Both the position numbers and the translations under genes were made by a program. A stretch of 61,967 bases of DNA, counting the filler, from Stramenopiles sp. TOSAG23-6 (Eukaryota): the NCBI GenBank assembly GCA_900128565.1. It is 21 parts of 21 records of this genome, joined end to end, with 100 filler letters (N's around TTAATTAATTAA, not from the genome) between each part and the next. Parts side by side here need not be neighbours in the genome. Positions count along the whole stretch, not along the records: positions 1 to 2,870 come from LT637778.1; positions 2,971 to 5,837 come from LT637779.1; positions 5,938 to 8,802 come from LT637780.1; positions 8,903 to 11,767 come from LT637781.1; 17 more parts are not named here. One strand, 5' to 3'. Of this stretch, positions 1 through 11,712 are shown piece after piece (within the stretch, counting starts at the first letter, position 1; every line of letters begins with the position of its first letter). Under the pieces are notes generated by a model. That model searched no databases, was not told the origin of the DNA, and saw nothing but the letters and a program-made list of their open reading frames with translations.

Positions 1-37
1 AACAAATTTTATGTTTACATATTCTGTCACAATACAT

Positions 38-46
38 TTACCTGGA

Positions 47-97
<51 letters not shown>

Positions 98-2870
98 AAT
101 AATGGTGATAATAATAATAATGATGATGATAATAATGATGATGATGACGCAAATGATGACGTCATATTTTACGATGTACATCATTATTTTGACATGGAAA
201 AAAGACCAAAAAAATCGAATTCAAATACAAATATACCTATGAATCTTTCAGCAACTGACGCTTGTACGATTTCTTTTTCATCATGCATTTTTTTAACTTT
301 TTTTAACTTTTTTTTTAATTTTTTTTTTAATTTTTCATCATGCATTTTTTTAAATTTTTTTTAAATTTTTTTTTAATTTTTTTTAATTTTTTTTTAATTT
401 TTTTTTTTAATTTTTTCTTTTTGTAAGTAATTATATTCCTAATATTTTTTTCAATTAAAAAAAACAAACTAAAAACACAATACAGGTATCAGTATTTCCG
501 TAAGCGTCGCTCTATGTATGTTTCATTTTTTTTTTTAATTTCGAATTTATTTTTTTTTTCGTACGAAATTTCGTACCTAACAATTTTTTTTAGATTTTTT
601 TCAAAAAATATTTTTCCAAAATATTTATTTTTTTTCGTACGAAATTTCGTACCTAACAATTTTTTTTAGATTTTTTTCAAAAAATATTTTTCCAAAATAT
701 TTATTTTTTTTCGTACGAAATTTCGTACCTAACAATTTTTTTTAGATTTTTTTCAAAAAATATTTTTCCAAAAAACATCGGAGCTTGAATCTCTCTTATC
801 AATTGGTTCAAAATTGTCAACAACATTTGGTCGTTCGACTTTAAAATGGAATCGAAAACAAAAAGAAATTGAGAAATTTGTTGGCACTGAAGGCGAAATT
901 TTAGCTATTGTAGCAAAAATGCTATCTAATATATTTTCGAATTTTTATTTTTTGTCAAATAATTTGACAAAATCTGAAAAAACATTAGGGTTAGGGTTAC
1001 TCGAAAAAAAGTCTTTACAGTACAATTTTGATCCTATGGATGACACAAACATAGAATCAAACACGAAATCCCGATATTCTGAAAAATCAAGACGATCAAA
1101 AGAATCAAAATCAAATATTGAAATACACGAAATACAAGAAAATTATAAAAAAATGACAAATAGTAGAATTTCAACAAAAGAAAATGATGAAATGGAATGG
1201 ACACCAAACCATGAAAATCAAGAACATCAAGAAAAAAAATGTATGTAATTTCAATTTCAAATTTTATTTTTTTGGTTTTTTTTTTGGTTTTTTTTTTGGT
1301 TTTTTTTTGGTTTTTATACAAAATTTTGTACTTTTACAAAAAAAAATTTTATACAAAATTTACAAATTGTTTTTTTGTTGTACATATCGTTTAACAATGC
1401 ATACGCGGCGCCAACTAAAAAGGTAGAGAGTATATTGTCTGCGAGGCGAAAAATGTTACCAAGATTGTTCGTTTTCATTATTTTTTTAATTTCGAAATTT
1501 TTTTTTTTTTTTTTGTAGTAAATTTTGTACCTAACCAAAAAAAAAAAAATTTAAATATTTTTTCACAATGTTTAATTCGGTTGACTTGTCGAACATTTTT
1601 GCATTCAATAACAGCAGCCACAACCCAAACATCAAAACAAGTATTTGTTGAGGATTGTGACGGTTCCATTTCTCAAAAATGGCCGCAGCGTGTTTGGATT
1701 GAATTAGTTGAATTACGACGTAAAATTGGGGTAAGTGATTTTTTTTTTTTTTCAAATTTTTTTTCATACGAAATTTCGTACCTAACGAAACAAAATCAAT
1801 TTTTTTTTTTTGACCTACATTTTTTTTTTTTTTTTATTTTTACCTACAGTTTTGTTTTGGGAAAAATTCGTACCTAATGATTTTTTTTGTATTTACTTTT
1901 GTTCTTCACAATACTTGATTGGTTTATCAACGATGAAACCAATGAAACAAAAAACACGGATCCAATTTTAAATTTGTCAAAAAGTAGATACACGAAAAAA
2001 GAGTTAAATTCTAGTAATAGAAATAAAACTTTAGGGTTAGGGTTTGAACAAAAACAAAACAAACAAAACAAACAAAACAAACAAAACAAACAAAACAAAC
2101 AAAAAAAGCATCAAATACGAAGTAGTGATTTGGCGTCATGTCATCGCTCTCTTCCACTTTTACGTGGTACAATGGAAAAATTTGATCTTGCAATAGTGAA
2201 ACTTGCTCACTCTCCAATATATATATGTTTTATTCTTTTGAAAATTTGAATTTTTTTTTTTTTGAAAATTTTGTACCTAACAATTTTTTTTTATAGAAAA
2301 ATTTTGAAATATTTTTCCAAAATACTTGAAGTTGGTACGAAAACGTCTTTCGATTCCTCTATGGATATGTCTGATAATGCCACGTGTGGGTTTTCAATAC
2401 GAGATGAAGAGGGTCGCTTACTTCGAGGTTCACCATGTACGTTTTTTTTTTTTTTTTCAATTTTTTAAATAAATTTTTTTTTCTTACGAAATTTTGTACC
2501 TAACGATTTTTTTNNNNNNNNNNNNNNNNNNNNNNNNNNNNNAATACATGCTGCTCGACTTTGAGTGGATTTTGGATCGCAAAAAAAGAAACTGAACTCA
2601 GTTTGTCTTGGTGGATATCAGGATGCAATACCAAATCACTTGAAAAAGAAGAAAAGTTTTTGAATCGAATTAGTAGTATAATGATGATGGGAAAATCAAA
2701 AATTGATAATCGGACATACGAATTGGTGTACCAGTGCATGTATGTTTTTTTATTTTTTTTATTTTTTTTTCGTATGAAATTTTGTACCTAACAAATTTTA
2801 CAAAAAAAAAATATTTTCCAAAAATTACATGGTTCTTTCTCCTGAAGTTTGGCATCGCCAATTGTATTCA
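38..2870 (+). CDS. Partial intron-rich hypothetical protein with poly-Asp/Asn tract; inferred introns 264-485, 516-778, 1241-1387, 1467-1573, 1731-1916, about 2223-2327, 2437-2549, 2740-2830
   Basis: Exons join in frame after removing family introns (..DACISISVSVALSELESLL..); no family recognised. Confidence 0.55.
46..160 (+). repeat. (GAT)n/(AAT)n coding microsatellite
   Basis: Direct inspection; encodes poly-D/N. Confidence 0.9.
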
Positions 2871-2970
2871 NNNNNNNNNNNNNNNNNNNNNNNNNNNNNN
2901 NNNNNNNNNNNNNNTTAATTAATTAANNNNNNNNNNNNNNNNNNNNNNNNNNNNNNNNNNNNNNNNNNNN
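2871..2970. other. Artificial contig linker N44-TTAATTAATTAA-N44, first of 20 spaced about 2.95 kb apart
   Basis: Identical six-frame stop cassette flanked by N runs at 2915, 5882, 8847 ... 59077. Confidence 0.98.
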
Positions 2971-3014
2971 GAATTCTACAGCCATACTAATAACAATAAT
3001 AACAATTAATTGGT

Positions 3015-3452
3015 TTAAGCTGGTTGAAGCTGTCTCATATTACCGTTTTCAATAGGTTGAGTTGGACACGGGGAACCTTTTCTAGTAATTTTCCATGTCT
3101 TTGTGTTATTTCCACCCGTTGGCGTAGGACCACAACTCCTGACGTTTAAATTCTTCAGTTGTTCATCTTCTTCTCCAAAGTAAGCAACTGTGTAAGTATG
3201 CGTAGTTTCTCCAGCACCCGCAGTCATTTCCGCCCCTGGACTACTTCCGACATTGTGGATATAACTTGCTCCTCCTTGACAAGCGTCTGCATCCCAAATA
3301 ATCTGTCGGGGTTGAACATTAGTTGCTGTTATTGGTCCTTGGCAACAATTCGTTTTGCAGTCTTTTTCTATATTTTGAAGCGTCATATTCAGAGCACTCC
3401 CTGAAATTGCAAGAAGTGAACTCATGATGTAATAGAAACTCAGATTAGACAT
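3015..3452 (-). CDS. Small hypothetical protein, possibly secreted, Cys-containing
   Basis: 145-aa intronless ORF with hydrophobic N-terminus. Confidence 0.55.
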   Translation of the reverse strand: MSNLSFYYIMSSLLAISGSALNMTLQNIEKDCKTNCCQGPITATNVQPRQIIWDADACQGGASYIHNVGSSPGAEMTAGAGETTHTYTVAYFGEEDEQLKNLNVRSCGPTPTGGNNTKTWKITRKGSPCPTQPIENGNMRQLQPA

Positions 3453-3854
3453 GTTTATCTAAATATTATACAGGTGTTGTATTGGTACTCTTATAAATAA
3501 AAGAGTGTCGAATGATCTAGCTAGATCGGATCGTTCCTCCTATATAGGGGCCAGTACCACCGATATACCGTACCGGAACAAAAGTAACTGACCAACCAAA
3601 CTTAGCTAAATTTTATTTTGATAAAAATGATTTATTTTTAGTTATTGATAATTTGATATGATTTGATTACGTAATACGATTTATTTTGATAAATTTGAGC
3701 ATTAAAAAAAAAAATTCAATGTTCTTAATTATTTTATATGCATATTGTGAGAGTTCAAGTATATACGCCAAATATATACTATTTGATTTCAAAAACCTTA
3801 AAAATATTTCAAAATAATCATTTTATAAAAAAAACCATCAATTAATTATTCATC

Positions 3855-5778
3855 TCAATAGTAGCTCATTCGATCATCTGTTGCTTTAGAAATTTCTCCA
3901 AGTAGAGCAGATTTACGAAGTAATTGTTGTTCTTTTTGAAAAAGCATTTTTTTTAGTGATGCAGTTTCATATGAGGCAGATGCCAACGCTTTTCTTGTGG
4001 CTAAATCAACCTCAGCTTGATATTTACAGATTGCATATATTGTAAGAAAATATTTCAAATTTTGTTTTCGTTAGGTACAAAATGTACTACGAAATATTTT
4101 TTTTAAATCTAGGAAAAAAAACATACATCTGTAGCAATAAATTTGATCTGACGCTCCCTTGCATCACTCGCTTCTTCTGACAATTCATTTGCAAATCTGT
4201 TACGATCAGTTTGCATCTTCAACGCTACAAAGTCATCAGATGTATTTTGGAAAAATATTTCAAAAAAAAAAAATAAAATTTGTTAGGTACAAAATTTAAA
4301 TTTAAATTTTTATAAAAAAAAAAATTCGAATTTGAAAAAAAATTAAACATACATGCTTGTTGTGCAACACGACGTTCCATTGCTGCATCTTCACGAGCCG
4401 AAGCCAGTTCCTTTTGCAAACGTTTCACTTCTAATCCAAGACGTTCACACCTATCATTCATTTCATTGTTCAAGTTTTCAGATAATTTATCTTTACTGTT
4501 TACACTAGAGACAGTAGAAGGGTTAGATTTATATGTATTTTGGAAAAATATTTAAAAAAAAATCTAAAAAAATCGTTAGGTACGAAATTTTGTACGAAAA
4601 AACAAATCAAATTTAAAAAAAAATAAAACATACATACTCCATCGGTTATATTCGTACTCTTATTCATTGAATAAAACATTTCGATTTCTTCTCTTTCTTC
4701 TTCCAATGATGATACTTTCTTTAAAAAATCCACAAACTTATTCTGAAACCAATTTGTTTTCTTTATCATTCCATGAATACTTTTTTTTAAATATAAAATT
4801 GATTTCTCAGAAGATGAAACGAGTCTCTTTGTGTACGCACTATAATTTTCTCTCTCATTATAAGCTGTTACTGGATGAAATACATCTGATAAATAAGAAA
4901 CAGATCGTTGAAGGAGTGTAAGCTTCTCAAAAGTTTCTCGAAGAGTTACATGTATTTTGGAAAAATATTTCAAAAAAAAAACTAAAATTTGTTAGGTACA
5001 AAATTTAAATTTAAATTTTTATAAAAAAATAAATTCGAAATTGAAAAAAAAATAAAACATACATTATTATGTTGAATGCTACTTTTGATAAATTCTGATG
5101 TTGAAAGAGTTTCAAATAATTTGAAATTAAATTCAACATTTGAAAAATCAACATTTAAATCAACATTTGAAAAATCAACATTTAAATCAACATTTGTGTG
5201 TACATTGGTTTGTGTTTTCAAAAAAGAGTCTGGTAATTGTTGCATTGTATAATCTATTGCATGGAACTCTTTTGAATTTTTATTCAAGTTGTTCCATATT
5301 TTTTCTTTTTTATCATATAATACCGTTGGCGACGTGGATGAAAAGTCAACATTATTTTCACCTAATTTTGATAACTTTGATAAATTTGATGATGAATGGC
5401 GAGGTGATGAGTCATAGCTTTCGTTGACAGAATTTGTGGACGTTTCTATGATATCATGATTGTTTATAGTATCTATATTATCAATATTATCTATATTAAA
5501 AATTCCTTCAAATTTGCTATCTTCCATTCGCTCCAAATCGTCATCGTCATTTTGATGATTTTGATGATTTTGATGAGTTTCATCCTCATCGTCATTTTGA
5601 TGATTTTGATGATTTTGATGAGTTTCATCATTACAATATACCCTTGACGATGGCTTCTCAATAAAATAACCATGTAAAGCAGTATTTTTACTATTATTCA
5701 CACTTAAGTTTTTGGTATTTCTATTTTTTTTATTTTGATTACTATGAAAATTTGCTTCTTTTGACATATTTGGATAAA
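3855..5778 (-). CDS. Partial coiled-coil protein; GT-AT introns at 4950-5062, 4533-4633, 4240-4352, 4035-4126
   Basis: All four junctions join in frame when cut GT..AT (HNN|VTL, GVY|KSN, QAS|DDF, TD|AIC). Confidence 0.75.
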
Positions 5779-5937
5779 ATGTATTTTGGAAAAATATTTC
5801 AAAAAAAAATCTAAAAAAAATTGTTAGGTACAAAATTNNNNNNNNNNNNNNNNNNNNNNNNNNNNNNNNNNNNNNNNNNNNTTAATTAATTAANNNNNNN
5901 NNNNNNNNNNNNNNNNNNNNNNNNNNNNNNNNNNNNN

Positions 5938-6238
5938 ATTGGTTCTTAGTTGGGCGTCATTTTGGATAGGAAAAAAGTACGTTTTCTTCATCAAGTTCAA
6001 ATTTATTTATTTTTTCATACGAAATTTTGTACCTAACAAATTCTTTTTGAAAATATTTTCCAAAAACATACCTTATTCCGAGTTAAATACTGAAAAACTC
6101 CGCGCGTTTGCTTATGTTGTCAGTGCGTTGTCAGTAATCATTAGTTCTTGTATCTGCTTTTTACTTTACACCGCTACTTCTCGTTCTAGGGTAAGTAGAG
6201 TGTCGGAAGAGCGACCAATTCTAAATGAAATTCCTTAA
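5938..6238 (+). CDS. 3' end of a membrane protein; intron 5977-6069
   Basis: In-frame join GKK|PYSE followed by a hydrophobic segment. Confidence 0.5.
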
Positions 6239-6397
6239 TAAAAAAGAAAATTGACAAGAAATTAAGATACCCGGTACCCTTTTTTTTTTTGTTGGTTTTG
6301 TAACCGACATAGGTTTTACTTTTTTGACCGACTTTGGTTCTTCGAATTATTGTACTGTTCAAATTGATCACAAAACTATCGTACTGAATTCAATACA

Positions 6398-8694
6398 ATG
6401 CAAGCCGGAAATTGCAATGTAATGATGAGAAAATTATTCGTTGGATTTAAAGCAAACTTTCTTCGTGTAAGCTTATTATTCATTCTTTTCCTCTCCGAAT
6501 CTTCTTCTTTCGAGTCTTTACAAATTCCTACAAAGCACGAAGTTGATCAAAATGAACGTTTCCAGACAAAGGAACAATATCGATCATCCTTGGCGTATGC
6601 TGCAATGATATCTTCTGAAATAATACATATTCCTCGTAAGCTTAACCAAGCAACTGCTTCTTATGAAGTGGGTGCTGATGGCTGGATACGTGCTCTTCCA
6701 GGCTCAACGTTTCGATATGGTGAAGTGTCAACGGAAGATAGAACTGCCTCCTCGGCACAGAAGTGGAGTACACCCGAAGAAGCGTCATCTTTAGAATTAG
6801 CTAAAAAGGCAGAAGCATTGATGGGTTGTTTAGATGATGGTGGGGCTGATTTAACAGAAGCTGTAGCGATAAGCGGCTCGATTATTTTATTTCTTGGTTT
6901 TTTGAGTGGTTGTTTGTTTGGTCGATGTTTCTCTTCAAAAAGAAAACAAGCCATAACACCTCTGGCCGCTGACGCAAGCTTGTACCTCAATCAGGGAAAT
7001 GGAAAATCGGTGTACAGTGAAATCATGAAAAAACATTCCTTGGGAAGTCGTCAATTTATGATGGATCTAGCAGTGCCTATACCTGCTGAAGACTCAGGTA
7101 CAGACTTATCTGACGACCCTTTTTTTGACGACCAACCACCAAATGTGAGGAATACTTTAAGAAAAAATCAACCTGGCTGGAGAGCTCGTCGTAATGATAT
7201 ACGTAAACGTAAAGAAGCTTTATTGTTAGGACCGAATAGTTCTGAGGCAAAGAAGGTTGAAAAGGAAGACAGAGAAGAACTTGCTCAACTATCTTCAAAG
7301 AAACGGTTGAATCGTGATGAATTACGGCGGAAGCAACAACTAGCAATGCAACTTCATAATGCTGATGTTGCTGCGACTGAAGCTCGGAATAATGCTCTAG
7401 TGTCTGCTGGACAGGATAAAATTGATGCTAATGAAATTCAAAAACGAATGATGGCTGAAGGAATGACAGATAAGGGAGTATATAACAACGCGCGAGAAAA
7501 ACAACGAAAGCTCATGGAAGAAAAACGCCGACGTAAAGCAGAGAAACGTGCAAAGCAAGGAAAGCCTCCAGTTCCTGTTCAGACACCGGAAATGATAGCT
7601 CAACAAGAAGCCATAGCTCTCATGGATGATATTTCAAAACTTCCTTCTCGGGAAAGAATTGCAGCTACTGAAGAAGGATATATTGATCACGTCAGAAGAA
7701 GTATACAACAAGGCAGAGAACCTAAACCATGTTTGTTTTATTTTTTTTTAATTTTTTGTCTAAATTGTTTTTTCGTACTAAATTTCGTACCTAACGAATT
7801 TTACAAAAAAAATACTTTTTCACAACATATACTCTGTCTGGGCTCTTCCTATGAAAGTTGGCCTTATGTACGTCTTCATCATCAACTTCAAATGTTTTTG
7901 TAAACCAATTTTGTAACTAACAATTTTTATTTTGAAAATATTTCCCAAAATATATTTCCCTCGATGATGATGGCGGTGTAGGAGGACAACAGAGAGTCTT
8001 TGGCCGTGGGGCAAGAAATTTCTCAAATCTTGTGATGCGTCAGAAAGATCACTTGCAGCATACCAAAATGGTCACTAATATTACACAAAAATACAATCGG
8101 GATGCAGATGAGCGTCATAATTCTCTGGAGCGAGATCGCCTAGAGCATAAAGCTAGAATGAAAAAGAAACGCATGAGGCGTACGTTTTCCTTTCAATTTT
8201 CGAGGTTTTTTTTCGTACGAAATTTTGTACCTAATGATTTTTTTTGAAATATTTTTTCACAATATATGCAAGCATAAACACGATGAAAAAGGTCACCGAA
8301 TTAAACGAGTTGAGGATGAGTTTCAAGCGTCGCAAGAAAGACGCGATGCACATATGTACGTTTTCATCATTCATTTCAATTTTATTTATTTTTTGTAGCA
8401 AATTCTAATTTCGTGTCATGTCTCTTACGACTTTCAAATTTGACATATTTTGTACTCTACATGGACGCAGGTAGAGAAGAGGCAAGAGAACGAGCAAGGA
8501 AAAGAAGGCGAGGGAGAAGGAAAAGACATCAGAGAGACATTGAAGAGCTAACACTGGAAGATGTTGATGGTACTGGCCAAGGTGTTGACGAAGAAGAAAA
8601 ACAGCGGCTGCATCGACAGAAAATGCAAGAGAGACACCGTAAAAGAAGAAACGATGCACTTAAAGAAAAAGGCGAAAATCCTGTTCCAGAATAA
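6398..8694 (+). CDS. Hypothetical signal-peptide/transmembrane protein with charged coiled-coil tail; introns 7731-7830, 7868-7955, 8180-8267, 8356-8462
   Basis: Long first exon plus four in-frame GT-AT joins linking the ORFs at 6398, 8032 and 8413. Confidence 0.75.
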
Positions 8695-8902
8695 TATGTA
8701 TGTTTTTTTTATTAAAATAATAAAGCATGCACATGTACACATTCATCATTTTTTTTTTAAATGTATAGTAATTTAATTATACCTTGCATCACTTTCCTAT
8801 GANNNNNNNNNNNNNNNNNNNNNNNNNNNNNNNNNNNNNNNNNNNNTTAATTAATTAANNNNNNNNNNNNNNNNNNNNNNNNNNNNNNNNNNNNNNNNNN
8901 NN

Positions 8903-10676
8903 ATTTCAGAAGAATCTTATTCTTATATAGATTAAATTTTGAGATTGCAAAATTATCATCAAAAGTGGAACTCAACTTTTACACCTGCAACCTATATGGA
9001 AAGTGTATACACAAAAAAGGGTGCTTTAGATAAAATTTCAAACATTGATGATATACTTTCACGTTATCCTGGTCAGGAGCATATTGTTATCCGAGAAGTG
9101 ATGAAAAAATACAAGACTTTAAAAAGTGAGGTCTATCCCATCTTGATGCGGTATGTATGTTTTCATGATGAATTTCATTTTTTTTTCGTACCAAATTTCG
9201 TACCTAACGATTTTTTTTTGTGTGACATATTTTTTAATCAACAGGAAGATTCACCTGAAACGTTTCGTTCACTTGAAGCAAATTCTGTACCTCAACTAAT
9301 GTTGATATTACCAAATGGTCGGAAGAAAATTACTAATTTTAAACCAGATGTTGAGAAGATTTCAGAATTTGTCAAGAAACATTTAAAAATTGACGTTCCT
9401 CTGTTCGTTTTCATCATTCATTTTATTTTTTTTTGTAGTAAATTTTGTACCTAACAAAATTTTGAAATTTTTCAAAAATATTTTTTTACAATTTATTTCT
9501 CCTCGGTCTGATAGTTATTTACCATATACACTTTTATGTGCTATATTTTTAGGTTTTTTACCTCCTTATCTTAGTTCAATACGAAAAGTAGTGAATATTT
9601 TAACATCGAGATGGATGGTACGTTTTTACTACAATTGTTTTTTTTTCATAGAAAATTTTGTACCTAACAAATTTAAAAAAAAATATATATATTTTTTCAC
9701 AAAACATGTTATGGTTTTAGCATTGGGAGTTTTTTTTGTGTCATCAAGTGGTTCAATTTCGTGTATTTTACAAAAATCACCTCTTTTTACTATGCAGAGA
9801 AATGTTCGTTTTCATCATGAATTTCAAATGTATTGTTCAAATGTATTGTTCAAATATATTTTTCAATTTTTTTTATACGAAATTGTATACCTAACAAATT
9901 TCAAAAGGTAAAAAATATATTCCCAAAATACATGTATGTTTCCATTTCAATTTCGAATTTTTTTTTTTTTTTATAAAAATTTTGTACCTAACGAATTTCA
10001 AAAGGTAAAAAATATATTCCCAAAATACATATTCCTCATTTTGTATACCCAAACGGACAACAACAAACTCTAGGTGAAGGTTTGATTGTTGGTTCTATTT
10101 ATCTCAGTATCAGTTTTTGTATTGTGTACGTTTTCATCATTAATTTTAAAACGTTTTTTTTTTCATACGAAATTTTGTACCTAATGTTTTTTTTGGAAAT
10201 ATTTTTTCACAGTACATGTTGCTATATAAAGTCTCAGGTAGTCCAACAAAGGAAAGTTGTAACCCTAATCGTATAGTATCTAATACGGAAAATCCGTATC
10301 TAAATTCGACCCATATTTTATCTTGTTTGATGCCTTCAAATGAACAAAAGTTACAAAATTTAAAGGGATATAAATGGACATGGTGGGGTCGACCAGCATT
10401 AGAAATCATGATAGATGACCGTAGATCAAACAGCCCTAACCCTACATTTTTAGCTGATGTACATAAATTGTCATTTACATCTTGGAGACAGCAAGGATTT
10501 CGTGTGGGTGGAATGCAATGGCTACAATATTGTACGTTGTTTACTTTTTACTTTTTTTTTTTTTTTTGTAAAAATTCTTGTACCTAACGAATTTCAAACG
10601 TAAAACATATTTTCCCAAAATACATTTGCAACAGCTTTTCTATCGGGTTGTTTTGTCTTTTTATATTATAATTTAA
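8903..10676 (+). CDS. OST3/OST6 (MAGT1/TUSC3-like) oligosaccharyltransferase subunit, 5' partial; introns 9155-9244, 9403-9496, 9618-9707, 9804-10030, 10126-10217, 10532-10625
   Basis: Spliced product has FRSLEANSVPQL, a TM with SSSG..CIL.KSP, and QQQTLGEGLIVG, typical of OST3/6. Confidence 0.7.
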
Positions 10677-10883
10677 TTTCAATGTATGAGTTAAAAACAC
10701 ATTGGTATTCGGTAGCAAAAACTTGGCAGGGTAGATTTGGAGAAATAGGTTGAAAAATGTATACGAATTTTTGTACATAAAATTAGAAATGATTTTTTTT
10801 TTTTTTTTTAATTTTCATTTATTTATTATAATATTAACCTGCAACAATTTGTCAACTAAGAAATCTCGTACGAAATTTTGTAC

Positions 10884-11712
10884 CTAACAATTTTTTTCAG
10901 GAATTCTCGGATAACAATATTTTAGCTTCACACATATGCATTCATATTAATAAGATTGTGAGTCGATTCTTTTCGTCTCTTATAAAACAAAAGATAAGCA
11001 TGTATTGTGAAAAAATAATTTTTTTTTGGTTTGAAAAAGTTCGTTAGGTACAAAATTTTCTACGAAAAAAAATTGTAGATGAAAAAATCAATTTTGAAAA
11101 CGTACATTTTTAGTCTGAATTTCTTCAACTTGTATTGGACGAACGTGGCTATGTATTATGAAAAAATATTTCTTCAAAAAAAAATTATATTTTTTTGTTA
11201 GGTACAAAATTTCGTACGAAAAAAAAAATAGAAAAAAAAAATCCATTATGAAAACATACATCATCAAATTTATACCACTGAGGTTTCTTAATATCTGTTT
11301 TAGCTTTAGGGTTAGGGTTCGATTTTACATTTGTCGTCATATCAACCTCGGACTCTGAAACACCAGATACAAAACCATCATTTAAACAACATGTGTAGTC
11401 AAAGTATATGTCAAAAATTTGTTTTTTTTTGTTAGGTACAAAATTTTCTAGGAAAAAAAATTGAAAAAAAAAATTGAAAAACAATTTGAAATTCATGATT
11501 AGGGTTAGGGTTTCATACATGCAGTGTAGTGTCCACCACCCAAAGAACCATAATGATTTACAACACCGTATAAATCATATATATTTTTATCTTTTCTTCT
11601 TTCCAAATCATTCACAATAAAAGGCGACATATCAAAACCAGAAACGGGGAAATGAACTGGTGTTGAGATTTTTTCACGGGCAAAAGCAGTGTATGAAAAA
11701 CGCTTGAGATGA
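10884..11712 (-). CDS. Ubiquitin-specific protease (USP, peptidase C19) C-terminal part; introns 11391-11518, 11151-11259, 11000-11105
   Basis: HLKRF, YDLYGVVNHYGSLGGGHYTA, WYKFDD|SHV and KN|AYLLFYKR motifs after GT-AT splicing. Confidence 0.93.
11151..11259 (-). other. Exemplar GT-AT intron (109 nt)
   Basis: GAT GAT|GTATGTTTT...CATAATACAT|AGC CAC GTT gives FDDSHV; the AG 2 nt further on is out of frame. Confidence 0.88.

Noticed and set aside
516-778. CRISPR-like array of palindromic repeats
   Set aside because: Eukaryotic context, no unique spacers, no cas genes; the repeats are intron modules.
1184-1877. Short ORFs containing VRNFVPN / YEILYLT / LGTKF peptides as a repeated protein domain
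   Set aside because: These are translations of the intron consensus in different frames, not proteins.
2915-2926. Regularly spaced TTAATTAATTAA motif
   Set aside because: Artificial six-frame stop linker between contigs; adjacency across linkers is meaningless.
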